This document shows positions 1 through 14,048 of a stretch of DNA of 64,000 nt, one piece after another. Source of the DNA: Malacoraja senta (lineage: Eukaryota). The stretch lies in the NCBI GenBank assembly GCA_038087875.1, contig CM075980.1, positions 12,400,001 to 12,464,000 on the forward strand. Direction: 5' to 3'. The position numbers and the translations under genes are program-made. The first letter of the stretch is position 1. Each line of letters starts with the position of its first letter. The notes under the pieces were generated by a model that saw only the letters and a program-made list of their open reading frames with translations, did not search any database and was not told the DNA's origin.

Positions 1-273
1 GAGTCAACTGCCAGCCCACCAGCCGTTAGTGAGTGAGCTGCCAGCACAACAGGCTTGAGTGACTGAGCCGCCAGCCCAAGAATCTATTCGGCCCACAATG
101 TCCATACTAGCCCTCTGGAAACCAGTCCCTTCAGCCCACAACACCCATACTAGCGCTCCAGAAAGCCCCCCCCCCCCACAGGCCACCAATATTGGAATTG
201 GTGGAGAGGTGGAATATTGCATTGGGGGACCTCCCGTGTAAGAATGGGACCCAACGGGTCCCACTTAGTCTAG
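1..273 (+). mobile_element. 3' end of a non-autonomous Helitron-like element (truncated by the window start)
   Basis: Perfect 8-bp hairpin TGGGACCC-AAC-GGGTCCCA (245-263), followed by ACTTAGT and CTAG|T (270-274), the canonical Helitron 3' terminus. Short internal tandem repeats (GAGTxAxCTGCCAGC; CCCACAA..CCATACTAG) lie upstream. Confidence 0.6.
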
Positions 274-2139
274 TTTCATATACAGACTTGTTTAATTTTT
301 ATCTGATTACCCAACTGAGAAGCATGCTGGTAAATTTTACCCATTGAAGGTGCTATATAAATGTGGCTCATTATTATAATGAGGTTGAAAATCAGCAAAC
401 TGCAGATGCTGGAAATCTGAAATAAAAACAAAAAATGGTGGAAATATTCTTAAGTCGGGCAGCATCTGCGGACAGAAAACGGAGTTGGTGTTTCCCATGT
501 TTGTTGAAAGTTCCTTCATCGAAATCCTAACTATTTCTCTTACCGTAGGTACTGAGCATTTTCAGAGCAGATAACCAAGATGGATAGGAAATGTTTGAAG
601 GAATGTGGGCCAGGCACAGGAAGCGGGACTAGGTTGGTTAGGCAACCTGGCTGGTATGGACCATTGGGCCTGTTTCAATGCTGCATATCTAGCTCTATGA
701 TGTAGTCAGTCTGCTATGTTGAAAGGAGCTGACATCAAATTGTAGCTGTGGAATTGTGTTTATTAGAAATGTACACACAGTAGCATTGGAATCTTTGTTG
801 GTATTCAGCAGGTAGGACAGTGGGAGGCCAGCTCTGTGGCTACTCAGCATTTGCATTGTTCACTTTTACGATACAGATCTATTGAGTTGAGTACAATAAT
901 GGACCAAATAGCAAGACTGAGATCATTTGTCAGTGAAGTGGGTGGCTGTAAATTAAGATCCGACCATCTTCTCTTTTCATAGAAACGCAAGGTACGGCCC
1001 AGAGTGTTGCAATGTGTGGGCATTAAAACATTCTTGGCTCAGCTCTACCTTCAAGCACCTACTGCTGTCAGCACTAACAGCATAAGCTTGACTAACATTT
1101 TTAAACGGGTCACTGGCCTCCATCCAGTTCTGTTGCTGGGGTATTGCATTTGATTCAAAATATGACCTACGGTGTTTTCCTCTTCTGGAACATCTAAATT
1201 TGTATGTGGATCGTTGCATTTGACATTGCACGAGTGATTGATCACCTAATTTATATATGGTCTTTGTGTTCATTTGATGAAAGATTGCCTGACAATTTGT
1301 GGTATGTAACTGATTGGTTCATGTACCATGTCCTGGATATCATTGTTAGTTTAGGGATGTGGGAATGAAACTTTGATAAACTCTCAACCTCAGAACCTAT
1401 TGCATTGACTAAGCTCTGGTCATTCTTCCCAATATATCTTCTGGCTCGCTGCTGTGTTCCATTGATTTGAGTCTAAGCATTGAATTGTCCTGAGGTCTTT
1501 TCCAAACCTAACGGCTCTAGCAAGCTTTTTGTAATTAAGTGTTTAAGATCTCTGTTTTAAGATATTTTATCAGAGGGATTAACAGCACTGTTTATTGATG
1601 ATTTAAAAAGAAGCCTCATTCCCCTGCCATTAAAGAAAACAGCACTCAAATCCAATTCTGATGAATAGAGGGCAACATTGTACAAAATGTGACTTGAAAG
1701 TATACGCAGGATTGAGAGACTGGCTTCAGAAGGTAGATTGATGGGTCTTGAGGTAAACCACAGGCCCCAGTCTGGAAATTCCCAATTTAGGAACATGGAT
1801 AAGAATATGAATCTTCCGCATTCCAATATTGTGCATTCCTCTCAATCCTTGAATGCTTTCTTGATTCTTGATTAGATACTGTTGTTCCCAGAACGCCATG
1901 CCTGAATCACTCTAATCAGGTTGAATGCTAGACAAATTGCTGTCGTCCATTTTTGAGGAAGTGGTAGATAGAACACTTATGTAAATCCTAAAAAGATTAA
2001 GCAGAATCCAAGTGGTTTACGAAAGGACAATCATGTTTGAAAAATGTAATAGATTTTTGATGATGTAACTAGAAGTGTGGGCAATGAGGAACCAGTGTGC
2101 AGTTTATTTGGATTTTTAAGTAAAGCCTTATACCCTGAC

Positions 2140-3585
2140 CCAAGCGTTTGTTGTGGTTGTCTGAGGCATCAAAATAATATCTCTCGGGTCACAGGATGAG
2201 TAGACTGCAAGAACACTCTCATCTTAACAACAGCAGGAGTGCTCGAGATAAGTCTGAAGCATTTGTTGATCCAGAAGTAGGTATTCTAGGCATCCTCCCG
2301 AGAATCGTACTATCGCAGAACCCAGTCCTTGGCTGATTCTATTCACCACGTTACAACAAGAAACAGTGGAGAGCAATGGATGTGCAAAGACGACAGTGAT
2401 CTGGTTGTGTTACTGAAACCTGTGCTCTAGAATTGGCCCATTCTCAATCATCAGCCAAGTGATATCATCATCATCAACAAATGCATCATCAACCGTTTAC
2501 CAAGTTACACTTAATTAATAGCCTGCTCATTGATAACCCAGTTTGAGATTTGGACCAGTTGTCTCCAAAGCTCATGACATGGACCAAAGAGCTGAATTAA
2601 GAAGTGAGGCGCGAGTGACTGCCCTTGACATCAAGATGGCATTTGGCTGAAAGTGGCATCGGAGATCCCTGGTAAAACTGAAGTAACAGGGCACCAATGG
2701 GTAAACACTTCGGTGGATGGAGTTATACCATATCAAAGGTCAGTCTCCCAGCCTCCGGGCCCATTGAGGGATTATTCCTAGGCCCAACCGTCTTCAACTG
2801 TTTCAGCAATTACTTTCCTTCCACTTTAAGGTCAGAAGAGATGTTGGCTAAAGATTAAGGTGGTCATTTCCATTCACAACTTATCAAATAAAGCAAGACC
2901 TAAATATGATACGGGCATTGGCTAGGAAATGGCAGTAACATGAGTCGGGTAATGACTACCTTTGGCAAGAGTAACAACCTATCCAATATGTTGTGGTATT
3001 ATTGTTGCCAAATTACCTCTACCCTAATTAACTGGACCAGTGCCTTTCTAAGCAAGTCTGAATCTGGGTGTGCTGCGGCAAATAATTTGTCTCTTGACAT
3101 CCTAAAGCCTTCCATCGTCTACAAGCACCACTAAAAGCAGTGCGGTGGAATAGTCTTCACATGTCTGAATGAGTGGAGTTCCAACAATACCAAGGAAGCT
3201 CTGCACGATCCGGCACAAAACAGCCTGAGTCAATGAAACCCCATTTATCACCCTAAATGTTCCTTCCTTTCACCACCAAGGCACAGTGCCTACAGTGTGT
3301 ACCATATATAAAGTGCACTTATAGAAGTTACTTGCCCAGGCTACTCTGGCAGCACCAGTGTGCTAGGCATTCTAAAATCAGCATCCTTTGCCAGCAAGAG
3401 GGATAAACATCAGATGCATGAGCTCGCCACCATCTGCAGGTTCCTTCCAAGTCGCGCACCATCCTGCTTTGGAAATCTATCGCCGGTCCTTCATTGTTAA
3501 ATCCATGACTCCCCTGGCCAGCAGCAATGTGGGAGTACCTTCACCAGGGGGAACTGTGGTTAAAGAGTGGTGTTGGAGTACTTAG
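2140..3585 (+). mobile_element. degenerate non-LTR retrotransposon (RT-region remnant)
   Basis: GTGACTGCCCTTGACATCAAG..GCATTTG..GTGGCATC (~2614-2660) resembles the LINE RT motif ALDIKxAFDRVWH. Many stops and frameshifts. Related pieces lie on - at ~36080-36900 and ~59570-59970. Boundaries approximate. Confidence 0.5.
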
Positions 3586-4030
3586 TGTGTTGCATGCAGT
3601 TCTGATTGTCACACTATGGGAAGGATGTGGTTGCACTGGAGATTCACGGGATATTGCCTAGATTGGAGGACTTTAGACATCGGAGAAATTGGGTAGGCTG
3701 GGCTTGTTTTCCCTCATGAAGGAGATGGGGAGCGGGGAGTCAAGCAAGGCATATCAAATTATAAGAGATGTAGATAGTGAAGATGGTTAGAATGTTTTTC
3801 TCCTTGTGTGGTGTCAAAAGCAAGAGGGTGTGGGTCTACAGTGGGAGGTAGGAGTTTTAAAGGATATTTGACGACAGTTTTTTTACACAGTGGTTGACAT
3901 CTGGAATTTGCTGAGGTCGTGGAGTCGGATACAATGACTACTTTTCAGACACCGACAGGCATTTAAATAGACATGGCATAAATGATTCGGGATTAGTGTA
4001 GATGGGCAAAAAAGTCAGCATGGACGTGTT
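3585..4030 (+). mobile_element. old CR1 LINE 3' fragment
   Basis: Degenerate match to the same CR1 ORF2 C-terminus/3'UTR seen intact at 48411-49135 (GGAGTACT..GTGT..CAGTTCTG..CACACTATGGGAAGGATGTG). Confidence 0.55.
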
Positions 4031-4034
4031 GTAT

Positions 4035-4855
4035 TCAAGTCAAGTCAAGTCAAGTTTATTCGTCACATACACATACGATATGTGCAGTGAAATGAAAAGT
4101 GGCAATGCTCGCCGACTTTGTGCAAAAAAAACAACCAAACAACCAAACAAACTACAAACAGAATGGAACAGAATCACATATTCTTTTACATATTAAATTT
4201 TGTGGGCGGAAGGAAAAAGGGGGAGAAAAAACCCCAATAAAAAAAACCAGACAGTAGAGTGGTACAGTAAAGTTAGTCCCTGGTGAGATAGGAGTTTACA
4301 GTCCTAATGGCCTCTGGGAAGAAACTCCTTCTCAACCTCTCCGTTCTCACAGCATGGCAACGGAGGCGTTTGCCTGACCGTAGCAGCTGGAACAGTCCGT
4401 TGGAAGGGGTCTCCCATGATCTTATTGGCTCTGGAGTTACACCTCCTGATGTATAGTTCCTGCAGAGGGGCGAGTGAAGTTCCCATAGTGCATTCGGCTG
4501 AACGCACTACTCTCTGCAGAGCCTTCTTGTCCTGGGCAGAGCAATTCCCAAACCAGATTGTAATATTTCCGGTCAAGATGCTTTCCACAGCCGCTGAGTA
4601 GAAGCATTGGAGGATCCTCGGAGACACTCTGAATTTCCACAATTGCCTGAGGTGGTAAAGGCGCTGCCTTGCCTTACTCACGAGTGCTGCAGCGTGTGAT
4701 GTCCATGTCATATCCTCAGAGATGTGGACTCCCAGGTATTTAAAACAGCTCACCCTATCCACAGTATCCCCATTTATCCTCAATGGTGTGTACGTCCTCG
4801 GATGATGTGCCCTCCTAAAGTCCACGATCAGCTCCTTAGTTTTTTGATGTTCAAG
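4035..4855 (-). mobile_element. Rex1/Babar-like LINE, 5'-truncated (RT C-terminus + 3' tail)
   Basis: ORF 4304-4825(-) reads DFRR..FKYLGVHISEDMTWTSH..KARQRLYHLRQL..ESILTGNITIWFGNCSAQDKKALQRVVRSAE, typical of the Rex1-clade ORF2 end. 3' microsatellite tail (TCAAG)n at 4035-4055. Confidence 0.8.
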
Positions 4856-7800
4856 AGCCTGTTACTATGCTGTACATCCCTTTAACTAATATGGCTCACC
4901 ATAAATGCTGCAGATCATAAGAAGATTCAGGCTGGTTGTGGTCAGGCTGGATTTAGATTAAGTTTTAAACTTTACATCTGAGCAAATCTCTACTTCAGAA
5001 ATCTGCAAGGATAGAGATCTGGCTTGCTGACAGAAAGCCAAGAATAGGGAGAATCTCTTTGAGGAAGGACCACAGGTTAGGGCCTGGCCATTGCACATAA
5101 ATTATTTTAAATTTGCATTATAACACCATGAACTATTTATGATGTGATGTATTAATGTTAAATAATGGAATAACGTTACTTGTTGTGAGAATGTAACGTT
5201 CTGTACTAATATATTTTAGAATTTTCTTATGAATTAAATATGTTTTCACACTTTTAAAACGGGTAATTTTAGGCTGGTGAACTTTAATGAGTGGGATGTC
5301 ATTTACAATCTAAATAAAAGTTGTAGACAAAGGCACTGGGTGCTGATGGTGTTCAGCTAGGTGGAAAAGTGAGGAGAATGCAGAGTGTGTAAAGGGCTAT
5401 AAATGGATTGTGTAGATAACGTGCAGAAATACAAATTCATCTACTAGAAACATTGAAATTAGATGCAGGAGTAGGCCATTTGGCCCTTTGAGCCAGCACC
5501 ACCATTCAATATGATCATGGTTAATCATCCAAAATCAGTACCTACTTATTTCCCCATATCCCTTGATTACGTTAGCCCCAAGTACAATATCTAACTATCT
5601 CTTGCAGTGAATTGGCCTCCACTGCCTTCTGTGGCACAGAATTCCAAAGATTCACAACTCTGGCTGAAAAGGTTTTTCCTCATCTCAGTCCTAAATGGCC
5701 TGGGAGAAATAGAAAAGCAGATTATTTAAATGCAGCGAGATTGTTTAATGCTGGTGTCACCTTGTTACCTCAGAACCATAAGATTAAATTGGAGGTGCAG
5801 CATATGAATTGAAAGGCAGATTGGATAATTAAGAGTTAGATTTAGCTCTCGGGGCTAAAGGAATTAAGGGATCCGGGGGAAAAGCAGGAATGGGGTACTG
5901 ATTTTAGATGATTAGCCATGATCATATTGAATGGTGGTGTTGGCTCAAATGGTGGTGTTGGCCTATTCCTGCACCTTTTTTCCCCATGTTTCTATGTCGG
6001 CCCTCTGACCTGAAAGGCCCTCAAGATCCATCTTTCTTATGTACGTGCAGATAGATAGTTATCAGGTGCACCTTGATAACATCAATGTCACTGTCACTAA
6101 GATCTCTCCTAGCCTCCCCCCACCTCCCGAGACTGAATCAACATGGTAGCAGCATTTTGGCGAACAGATTGGTTCTCCCTCACGATTACTGCTTTGTCTC
6201 CCCCTTTGTCATCACCTCCCTCCAGGTTTATTAGCTCCTCAGAAACTTCATTCATTATCGCTTACATCCAAGATTACTATGACTGTCCTAGATAGCATGC
6301 TTCCTCTGAGCACATCTGCAGACAGTCTTCCAGCTTGGACCAGGCATTGTCCTATCACCCTAAGCTCCCTGGCTAATATTGGCTCCTCCCATTCAAATTT
6401 CAAAATTTATATCCATGTTTTCAAATTCTTCTGTGGCTTCCCCACTTCCAATCTGCAGCCTCCCACGGCCCGACAAACCTCCAGAACCCCATCTTTCTTT
6501 CCAACACTGGCATCTTGTGTGTGGCTTAATTTGTTTGCTTCACCATTCCGGTGTCTGGGTCCCACGCTCTATAATTCTCCCTTTAAACTGGTCTGTCATT
6601 GAGGTACTCCGTGAAACCCATCCAATTCACTGTGCCTTTGTCTAATATCTTATGAGATTAATGAATCTTCTTTAATTACATTTTTGTATAGCAATTTTGG
6701 GACAGTTTATATTTTAAAAGGAACTTTACAAATGAGAAATGTAAATTAATATATCGTGACTGATGAAAGTTTAATTAAAATAAAACTGTTAAGTATTCAG
6801 CAGATCATGCAGCATCTGTGGAGACCAAATATTTAACTCTTGCAGATATCTCTATCTCTTTTTTCCCCCTTGCCACCCTCGCTTCTTTGCACTGTCTCTG
6901 CTCACACCACTGCCTCTACCCCCACCACCCCCTGCCATAATTAAGCAAAAGGAAAGGTCTGGAACTGCACAGGAGGTCACTTTTTGATGCTGGAAAATAT
7001 AAGATAATTCTCTAGTTGTGTACACCCATAATCCTCGTTCTCGCAAAATTCTTCAGATGGAACATTAACTCCACAGATGCTGAATGTCCCCTGTATGTTT
7101 GATGTTTTGGATTTATAATGACTGATGTTTGTACACTAAACAGATGCTAACTGAGGCTGCCCTTTGCCAAAGGTGAAGCAAGCAGACAGGGCAGTGCGGC
7201 TCCTCTCCCAACCCAGCACATATACACAGTTCCTTGTAGTTGCCATCACTGGAGCATCCAGTAATATTTCCTGTTTTTTTTTTTGCACCCATTTGAGAAT
7301 CACCTCAAGTCAGTTCAGATAAACTGTGTAAAAGCGAGGAATCGCCCTCAGTGCTGCCCACCTCATCCAGCTCCCTGGGAGCACATGACAAAAATGATTT
7401 GGTGCGAACTATCAGAGGCAGCCTCGTAACATTTCTGCAGGGGTAGTGCTTTAGAGTTCATAAGTGATAGGAGCAGAATTAGTCCATTTGGCCCTTTGTC
7501 TAATCTGCCATTCAATCTTTCCCACTCAACCCCGTTCTCCTACCGTCTCCCCTTAACCCCTGACACCCTTAACTGTCTTCTTTAAATTGTATAAATAAAT
7601 TTTCAAATGCAAAATACCACAGCTGCAGGTAACAACCTTCACTCATTGCTTCAATGCTTGGAAGTACTTCCCAATAGGGAAGATACATTTGGATTTGAAA
7701 AATTTCCTCTGGTAGCTTGTGAATCAGTCTCATATGTAAACCCATTCTCCTGAATGTATGTTTTTACATTTGCTGTCCTCTACAACATTTGGCACCCGTA

Positions 7801-7928
7801 AGAATAGGTGCTGTTTCTCCATGTATGGTGGTGCTGCCTGAGACCTCAGCCATTGCTCTCTCTCCCTCAGCCAGTGCATCAGTCCCGCTGGTGTCAGGAC
7901 TTTAATGATATTCGTCTGAATCTTGCAG

Positions 7929-8165
7929 GTTGGTTTGTATAAAACGATTCCCACCCGGCTGCTGTCTCGGGCGTGGGGCCGGCTCAACCAGGTGGAGTTA
8001 CCCACCTGGATGCGAAAGCCAGTCTATAATTTGTACATATGGACGTTCGGGGTCAATATGAAGGAAGCTGCAGTAGAAGATTTGCAACACTACCGAAACC
8101 TCAGCGAATTCTTCCGCAGAAAGCTAAAGCCACAGGCTCGTCCTGTTTGCGACTCTCACTGTGTG
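7929..8165 (+). CDS. PISD: PISD phosphatidylserine decarboxylase, internal coding exon (first in window; 237 nt, phase 0-0)
   Basis: ttgcag|GTT...GTG|gtaag. Encodes [79 protein letters not shown], near-identical to vertebrate PISD. Confidence 0.97.
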
Positions 8166-9329
8166 GTAAGTTGCATCAAATCTTTCCAGGTATAACAATA
8201 AAATCCTGAAGAAAGTACCAAAACAAAATACAAGGTCACCAGGCCCCCTCTCACATTCTGATTCTCCTTCAGATTTCTTTCCTTCCAGTGCTTGAATTTT
8301 CATTGGGTTATAATTCCTCCTGTCCATTGTGATGACTGCCTGGGTTTGAGGTATATTCTGTGTGGCATGCCAGAGGAGCTAGTTTCTGGTCTAAAGTGGA
8401 GATTGGGGGGGCGGGGGGGGGGGGGGGAGAAATCAGAAGAGGTTCCTGTTCCCACTCGTTTAGTGACTTGCCACGGATAGGTTCCCACCCCAACCCTTCT
8501 GCTGCCCATGCTCATGGCTGTTGCAGGCAGGGAAGTTGGACTGTCCATGGACAGGAGAATTACAGCCCAGTTATCCAAACTGCACCAAGATCTTGCACTT
8601 GGCGTGAAAGACTTCCAGATAATATCTGACAGCAGCGGAAAAACCTCGGGTCCTGCTTGGTGAAATTCTGGTTTTATTCTGCCACATTTAGGGAGCATGG
8701 TGTTAAAGTTCATGAATCCCCTTGCAACAGGAGTAAATCACCTCAACGTGTCAGCAATGCATTTGTTACAAACATCAGAATATGTTTATCACATCAATTT
8801 GTTCATTTCTGTTCAAGCTGGTTCACTGATTAGAGGGAGATGAGGATAAAGGTCTTTTTGTTTTTTTTGAATATTATTTATATAGCTTCAGTCACCTCAG
8901 GCTATCCAGAACCACTAAATGGCCAACGAAGAATTTTGGACAATGTAGTCACTATTGTAAGGAAACATAGTAAAATATAAAATGTACATAATGAAGCATT
9001 AAAGACTAAGAATAAAGAACCCCTTTTTCAGCAAGGAGGAAAGCATGTGAATTAATGGGACAACCCCTACAGCACCGAACCATAATCTCTTTAATGTTCA
9101 GTGGGATAATTGGGTATGTGGTATTAGCATGTGGGTGCATTCGATACAGCCCAGGATATCCTCCATATCCAGCCTTTGTCCTAAATCTGAGCACTTGCTT
9201 ATGTTTTGTCCCGTGCGATGGATGAGAAATTTAACATTCGTTTTGTTCAGGAGAGGTTTCTTGACTATCTTAACTCAACGACGATTGGGTTGTGTGTTGT
9301 TGGTCACTGTTCTCATTGTCTTTTCCTAG

Positions 9330-9468
9330 ATCAGTCCTTCTGATGGAAAAATCCTGCACTTTGGAAGGGTGAAGAACTGTGAGGTGGAGCAAGTGAAAGG
9401 TGTGACTTACTCATTGGAGACTTTCCTAGGCCCTCAGACCTGGTCAGAGAACCTGGAGATTAGCAACA
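9330..9468 (+). CDS. PISD: PISD coding exon (139 nt, phase 0-1), catalytic Asp motif SPSDG
   Basis: ttcctag|ATC...AAC A|gtaagt. Encodes [46 protein letters not shown]; frame continues from the previous exon. Confidence 0.97.
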
Positions 9469-11029
9469 GTAAGTTCATTTCTCAATACTGGGTTGCACAT
9501 CTTCTTGGATATTTTCGAATTTTGAGTTATCTTACGAAGCTCTCATTTACCTTCTCACTTGGTCCAGAAATATATCCTTGAAATCCATTGTGTAGTGTAA
9601 AATTGGGCAATGTTTCACTGCAGCTGAATATGGAAGGCAGATGAGGAGGCATTTTTATAGGGCCTTCATAATATATGTTTCCGAGTGTGTTGCACATCTG
9701 TGATGCAAAATGGAACTAACGATGGATTAGTTGATTGTCAGTGTTACATTGGTGCGCTGAAGGGCTGGTATCCATACTGTGTCTTTCTACAATTCTCTGC
9801 AGTGGGACAAATGTTATTCTCCACTAGTGACAGCACAGAGTGAGGGATGCGTGGCAAAAATTGGGAATGCTTTTCAAAGTCATTTGTAAAATGTAATGTC
9901 TTTTTGTTTAGAGGTGTTTTCACAGGCAGGTTTCTGCAAGGTTTGTATTTTAATGACGGGGAAAAAAACGGCATGCTTTTTTTGACAGTGGCTGCGAGAT
10001 TGGGAGAGGTAGGCAATTGAGTGTGTCTACCCACACTGACACCAGCTTTAATATAAAGTGTCTCTTTCCAAGGCCCTGTAGTTCCAAGGCTCCTTCAACT
10101 AGGCTTAGAAACAGAAGGCAAACCTGCAAAGGATATTTCAGAGAATAACCAATATTTCAGTCAAAGTAATGATTTTTGATAGTGCAGACACAGATGGCTA
10201 AAAGCTTTACCGCTGAATGGTACAGTTGAAAATGATAGAGTGTGCACCCGAGGCAATAGTTTTTGAAGGGAGGGGTATGTAATGCTGTGTGAGATTGAAC
10301 AGATAAGGTAATGAGGCCATGGCTGGTTTGAGGAAAAGGGGTTCAGTTGCTTAGATCTTGGACTGATTTGATAATACCAAGTCGACCTGAAAATGCCGAG
10401 GTGTCTTGCAGCTCATGAGACTATCAAGACTTAATGGTGTCAAAATGCTTGAGAATGCTAGAGATGTAAAGTTCTCATATCTATGTATGGAGTTGAGCCA
10501 TGTCAGTGGTTCAGTGTGTCTGAATGGGAATGATCAAAAGAGGAAGAATCTAGTGCACAACCTATGGAGTGCTGAGTCCTTCAAACCACCTTGTTGAATT
10601 TAGGATTGTGTTCCCTAAGAATATAGATTGCAAGTAAAATGCAGTCAATTCACTTCCTCCAACCTATTATCAAAAATCATCCTCAAAGCAGACAGAACTT
10701 CACCACTGCACAGTTGCTAGGTTTATGCTGTTGATGTTCTTGTTGGGCTACACTGGTTTAGTATAAAGTACAAAACAACGGTGATTTGTAGAATGTGTAA
10801 GGAACTGCAGATGCTGGTTTAAACCGAAGATAAACAGAAAAAGCGTGCGTAACTCAGTGGGACAGGCAGCATCTCTGGAGAGAAGGAATGGGTGACACTT
10901 GTTCACCCATTCCTTCTCTCCAGAGATGCTGCATGTCCTGTGAGTTACTCCAGCTTTTTGTGTCTATGGTGATTTGTGGAATCCTATTTTGATCTACTGT
11001 TTGCTGCATAATTCGTTGTAATCCAGCAG

Positions 11030-11176
11030 ATAACACAGAGACAACGTTCCAGGAGCACCTGGTTACAAAGGAAGGCAATGATCTCTATCACTGTGTTATT
11101 TACTTGGCTCCCGGAGATTATCACTGTTTTCATTCACCTACTGATTGGCGAGTCTCACACAGGCGGCATTTTCCAG
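11030..11176 (+). CDS. PISD: PISD coding exon (147 nt, or 150 nt from the alternative NAGNAG acceptor at 11027; phase 1-1), catalytic His motif
   Basis: atccagcag|AT...CCA G|gtaag. Encodes [48 protein letters not shown]. Confidence 0.95.
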
Positions 11177-13784
11177 GTAAGAATTTTATTGTTCGCTTGG
11201 GTTTTACTCTGGAATTGAATTGATGTTGTTAAAAGTGACCTTTATCATACTTGCCCATTAGCAACAGTTAGTTGACTATTAACTGCTGAAAAACAAGCCA
11301 ATTCTTTGTATCAAGTTGTTAATGAAAATTAGTGAGAATAAAAAAAATATCAAACAAACAAGTATCAAATTCAGACAATTTGTGAGGCAGAAAAAAGGCA
11401 GATGTTGGTATGAAATTAAACAAAGTGCTGGAGATACTCAGCTATTTGGGCAGTATATGTCGAGAGAGAAGCAGTTCACAGCCTGACCTGCAAAATGCTC
11501 CAAGCCATTCAACCTTGCAAGATCCTCTGTGAACATAAGGACACTGGTATTTAAATAGGGAGAGGTTCCACAGCTGTTCAGGCAAACTGAAGTTAACTTT
11601 TAGATTGATGATAAAAGGCTGTTAACCTTAAATGTCCATTCTTCTATCACCATAGCTGCAACATGGAATGTTGAGAATTTCCAGTGCTTTCTGGTGGCGT
11701 TTGTTAAGATTTCAAGCATCCACTACATTTTTCCCTTTTAGTCAGGAAAGTCAGAGGCTGTCAATGATGTGGTAGCTTAGTAGTTGAGTCACCGGACAAG
11801 CATCCAATGGGACAAGTGAGTGAATACGTGAATTTGAATCCACCAACAGCAGATGGAAAACTTAAATTCAATTAATTAAATGTGGAATGAAAAGTACAAG
11901 TAATAGTGACCTTGGATTGTGTTGAACCCTCCATCCAGTTAATTTCCTTTGGAACTGAAATATACCCTCGTGACTTACTTTTGACCCACATTAGTGTGGT
12001 TGACCCTAAGCTGCTCCCTGAAGGCCACAGAAAGCCAATCAGTTCATCAATACTGGTCACACCAGCGCTTCTCACGTTCCAGTTACATCACATATTAACA
12101 TAAACAAGCACAGTAAGCACCATGGTTTCTTTCTGGAGGGATAGAAATGGGAAGCCATTGTGAACCTGTATTGAATCTTGGTTATGTGTACAGTTCTGGT
12201 CAATGTATAATGGAATGGGTATGGAGGCATTGGAGAGAATGCAGAGAAGATTCGCCGAATGGTACATAAATGCGGGTACACATCAATAAAGGACCTGACT
12301 TAGTTACTCTGCATGAGGAGAGAAGCTAGAGGGGTAACATAATAGAGATCTTTAGAGTTTTTTAATGGTATTGGCAGAATGAATACAGATGTTTTCAGTT
12401 ATGGAGAAGAGGTGAAGAAAGACCATAAGTATATGACACCAAATGTCCAACAAGGAACTGAAAGGGAACCTCATGTCCGAAGGAGATGAGAATGTGTAAC
12501 TCTGCCACAGAGTGGTTGGAGACAATATTACGACTATTTAAGGGAAGACAGGGCAAGCAGATGAGGGAGAAGGGAATGGAGAGATTGATGGAGTAGAGTT
12601 GGGGGAAGGTCCTGGGACCCAAAGTCTGGCATCATTAGTTCATGGACCCTGCGTTCAGTGCCTTTCCACTCACAGGCAGTTCCACTCTGAGAGGGAAGCA
12701 ATGTCTGGGCTAGGCCATGCAGCTACCCTGTGCAAAGTAGCATGTCTGAAACTTTCCCAGCAGCCAGCTCTCGTGTTGTGGGTCATAGATACTCTTCGCC
12801 CAGCTCAATGCTTTGTTGTCAGGTAACATCCAGTGACAGGTAATGGATATAGATGAGCTCTCTGATCTAACATGTCAGTTTCCACGATACAGCCTAGAAT
12901 CCAGCTGCGTGTGCTAGCTTAGTCTGGAAGGGTATGAATGAGATGGATGTAAAAATGAGCTCAATCAGAGATCACTTTAATATTAATGCCATCTCGACGG
13001 TCAAAAGGGATGTATAAATATAACTTATTTCCCTGAAGATTGACAGCAGGGTGGGTCTGTAGGTTAATCTCTAAATGAGATTAATGGAGCGATTGGTAAT
13101 CAGCTCTGAGCTCACTGGGTCCTATATTTAAATCTCAAACAGTAAAAGGTGGAAGAGACTATCTTGAATAAAAATAACTTGGATTTTCAACATTATTCTT
13201 GTTCAAAAATCAAAAACTCAGATAAAAATGCAAGGTTTCCTGCTTGACAATTGTAGGATCCATTAACGTGGTGCGAGTGAAGAAGTGGATCATGCTCCTT
13301 GGAGCATAGTGGAGCATAAAATGAGCTTTAAAGAGGTTCTAAATGATACGGGATTTTGATAAGAGAAAACCTCTTTCCACGGTTTTGCGATAATTAGAGA
13401 CAGAATCAGTACGAGGAGGGAATTTGTTTTTTTTTTAGCACTCTGAGCAACGATCTGGAATTCACTGCCAGAAAGTTGAACAAAGATTCAATAAAAAACT
13501 TTCAAGGAAATTGTTCGATTTAAAAAAAATGCTCAGGGAAAGAACAAGGGTGTGATATTAATTGATATCTATTTTAGAAGAATACGGTCCTTCAGTTTAA
13601 AATTTCTTTAATTACAAAACATAACAGCGTTGGGCCATTTTGATTTCTATCCAAGCAGGAATCAGGTGACATGTAGTTAGACAAGTGTGTTGAATCATTG
13701 TGTATGGTTGACATTGGCACGTTGCCTAGCAAACAGTGGTTGTGTATTTGCAGCTGGGAGGATAAAACCAGATTGCATTTTTGA

Positions 13785-14048
<264 letters not shown>

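Noticed and set aside
1103-1140. Minus-strand peptide PSNRTGWRPVTR resembles the end of the alternative PISD N-terminus as I recall it (PLSRVGWRPVSR)
   Set aside because: It is on the wrong strand, has no donor site after it, and shows no similarity upstream. Treated as chance unless TBLASTN shows an inverted exon relic.
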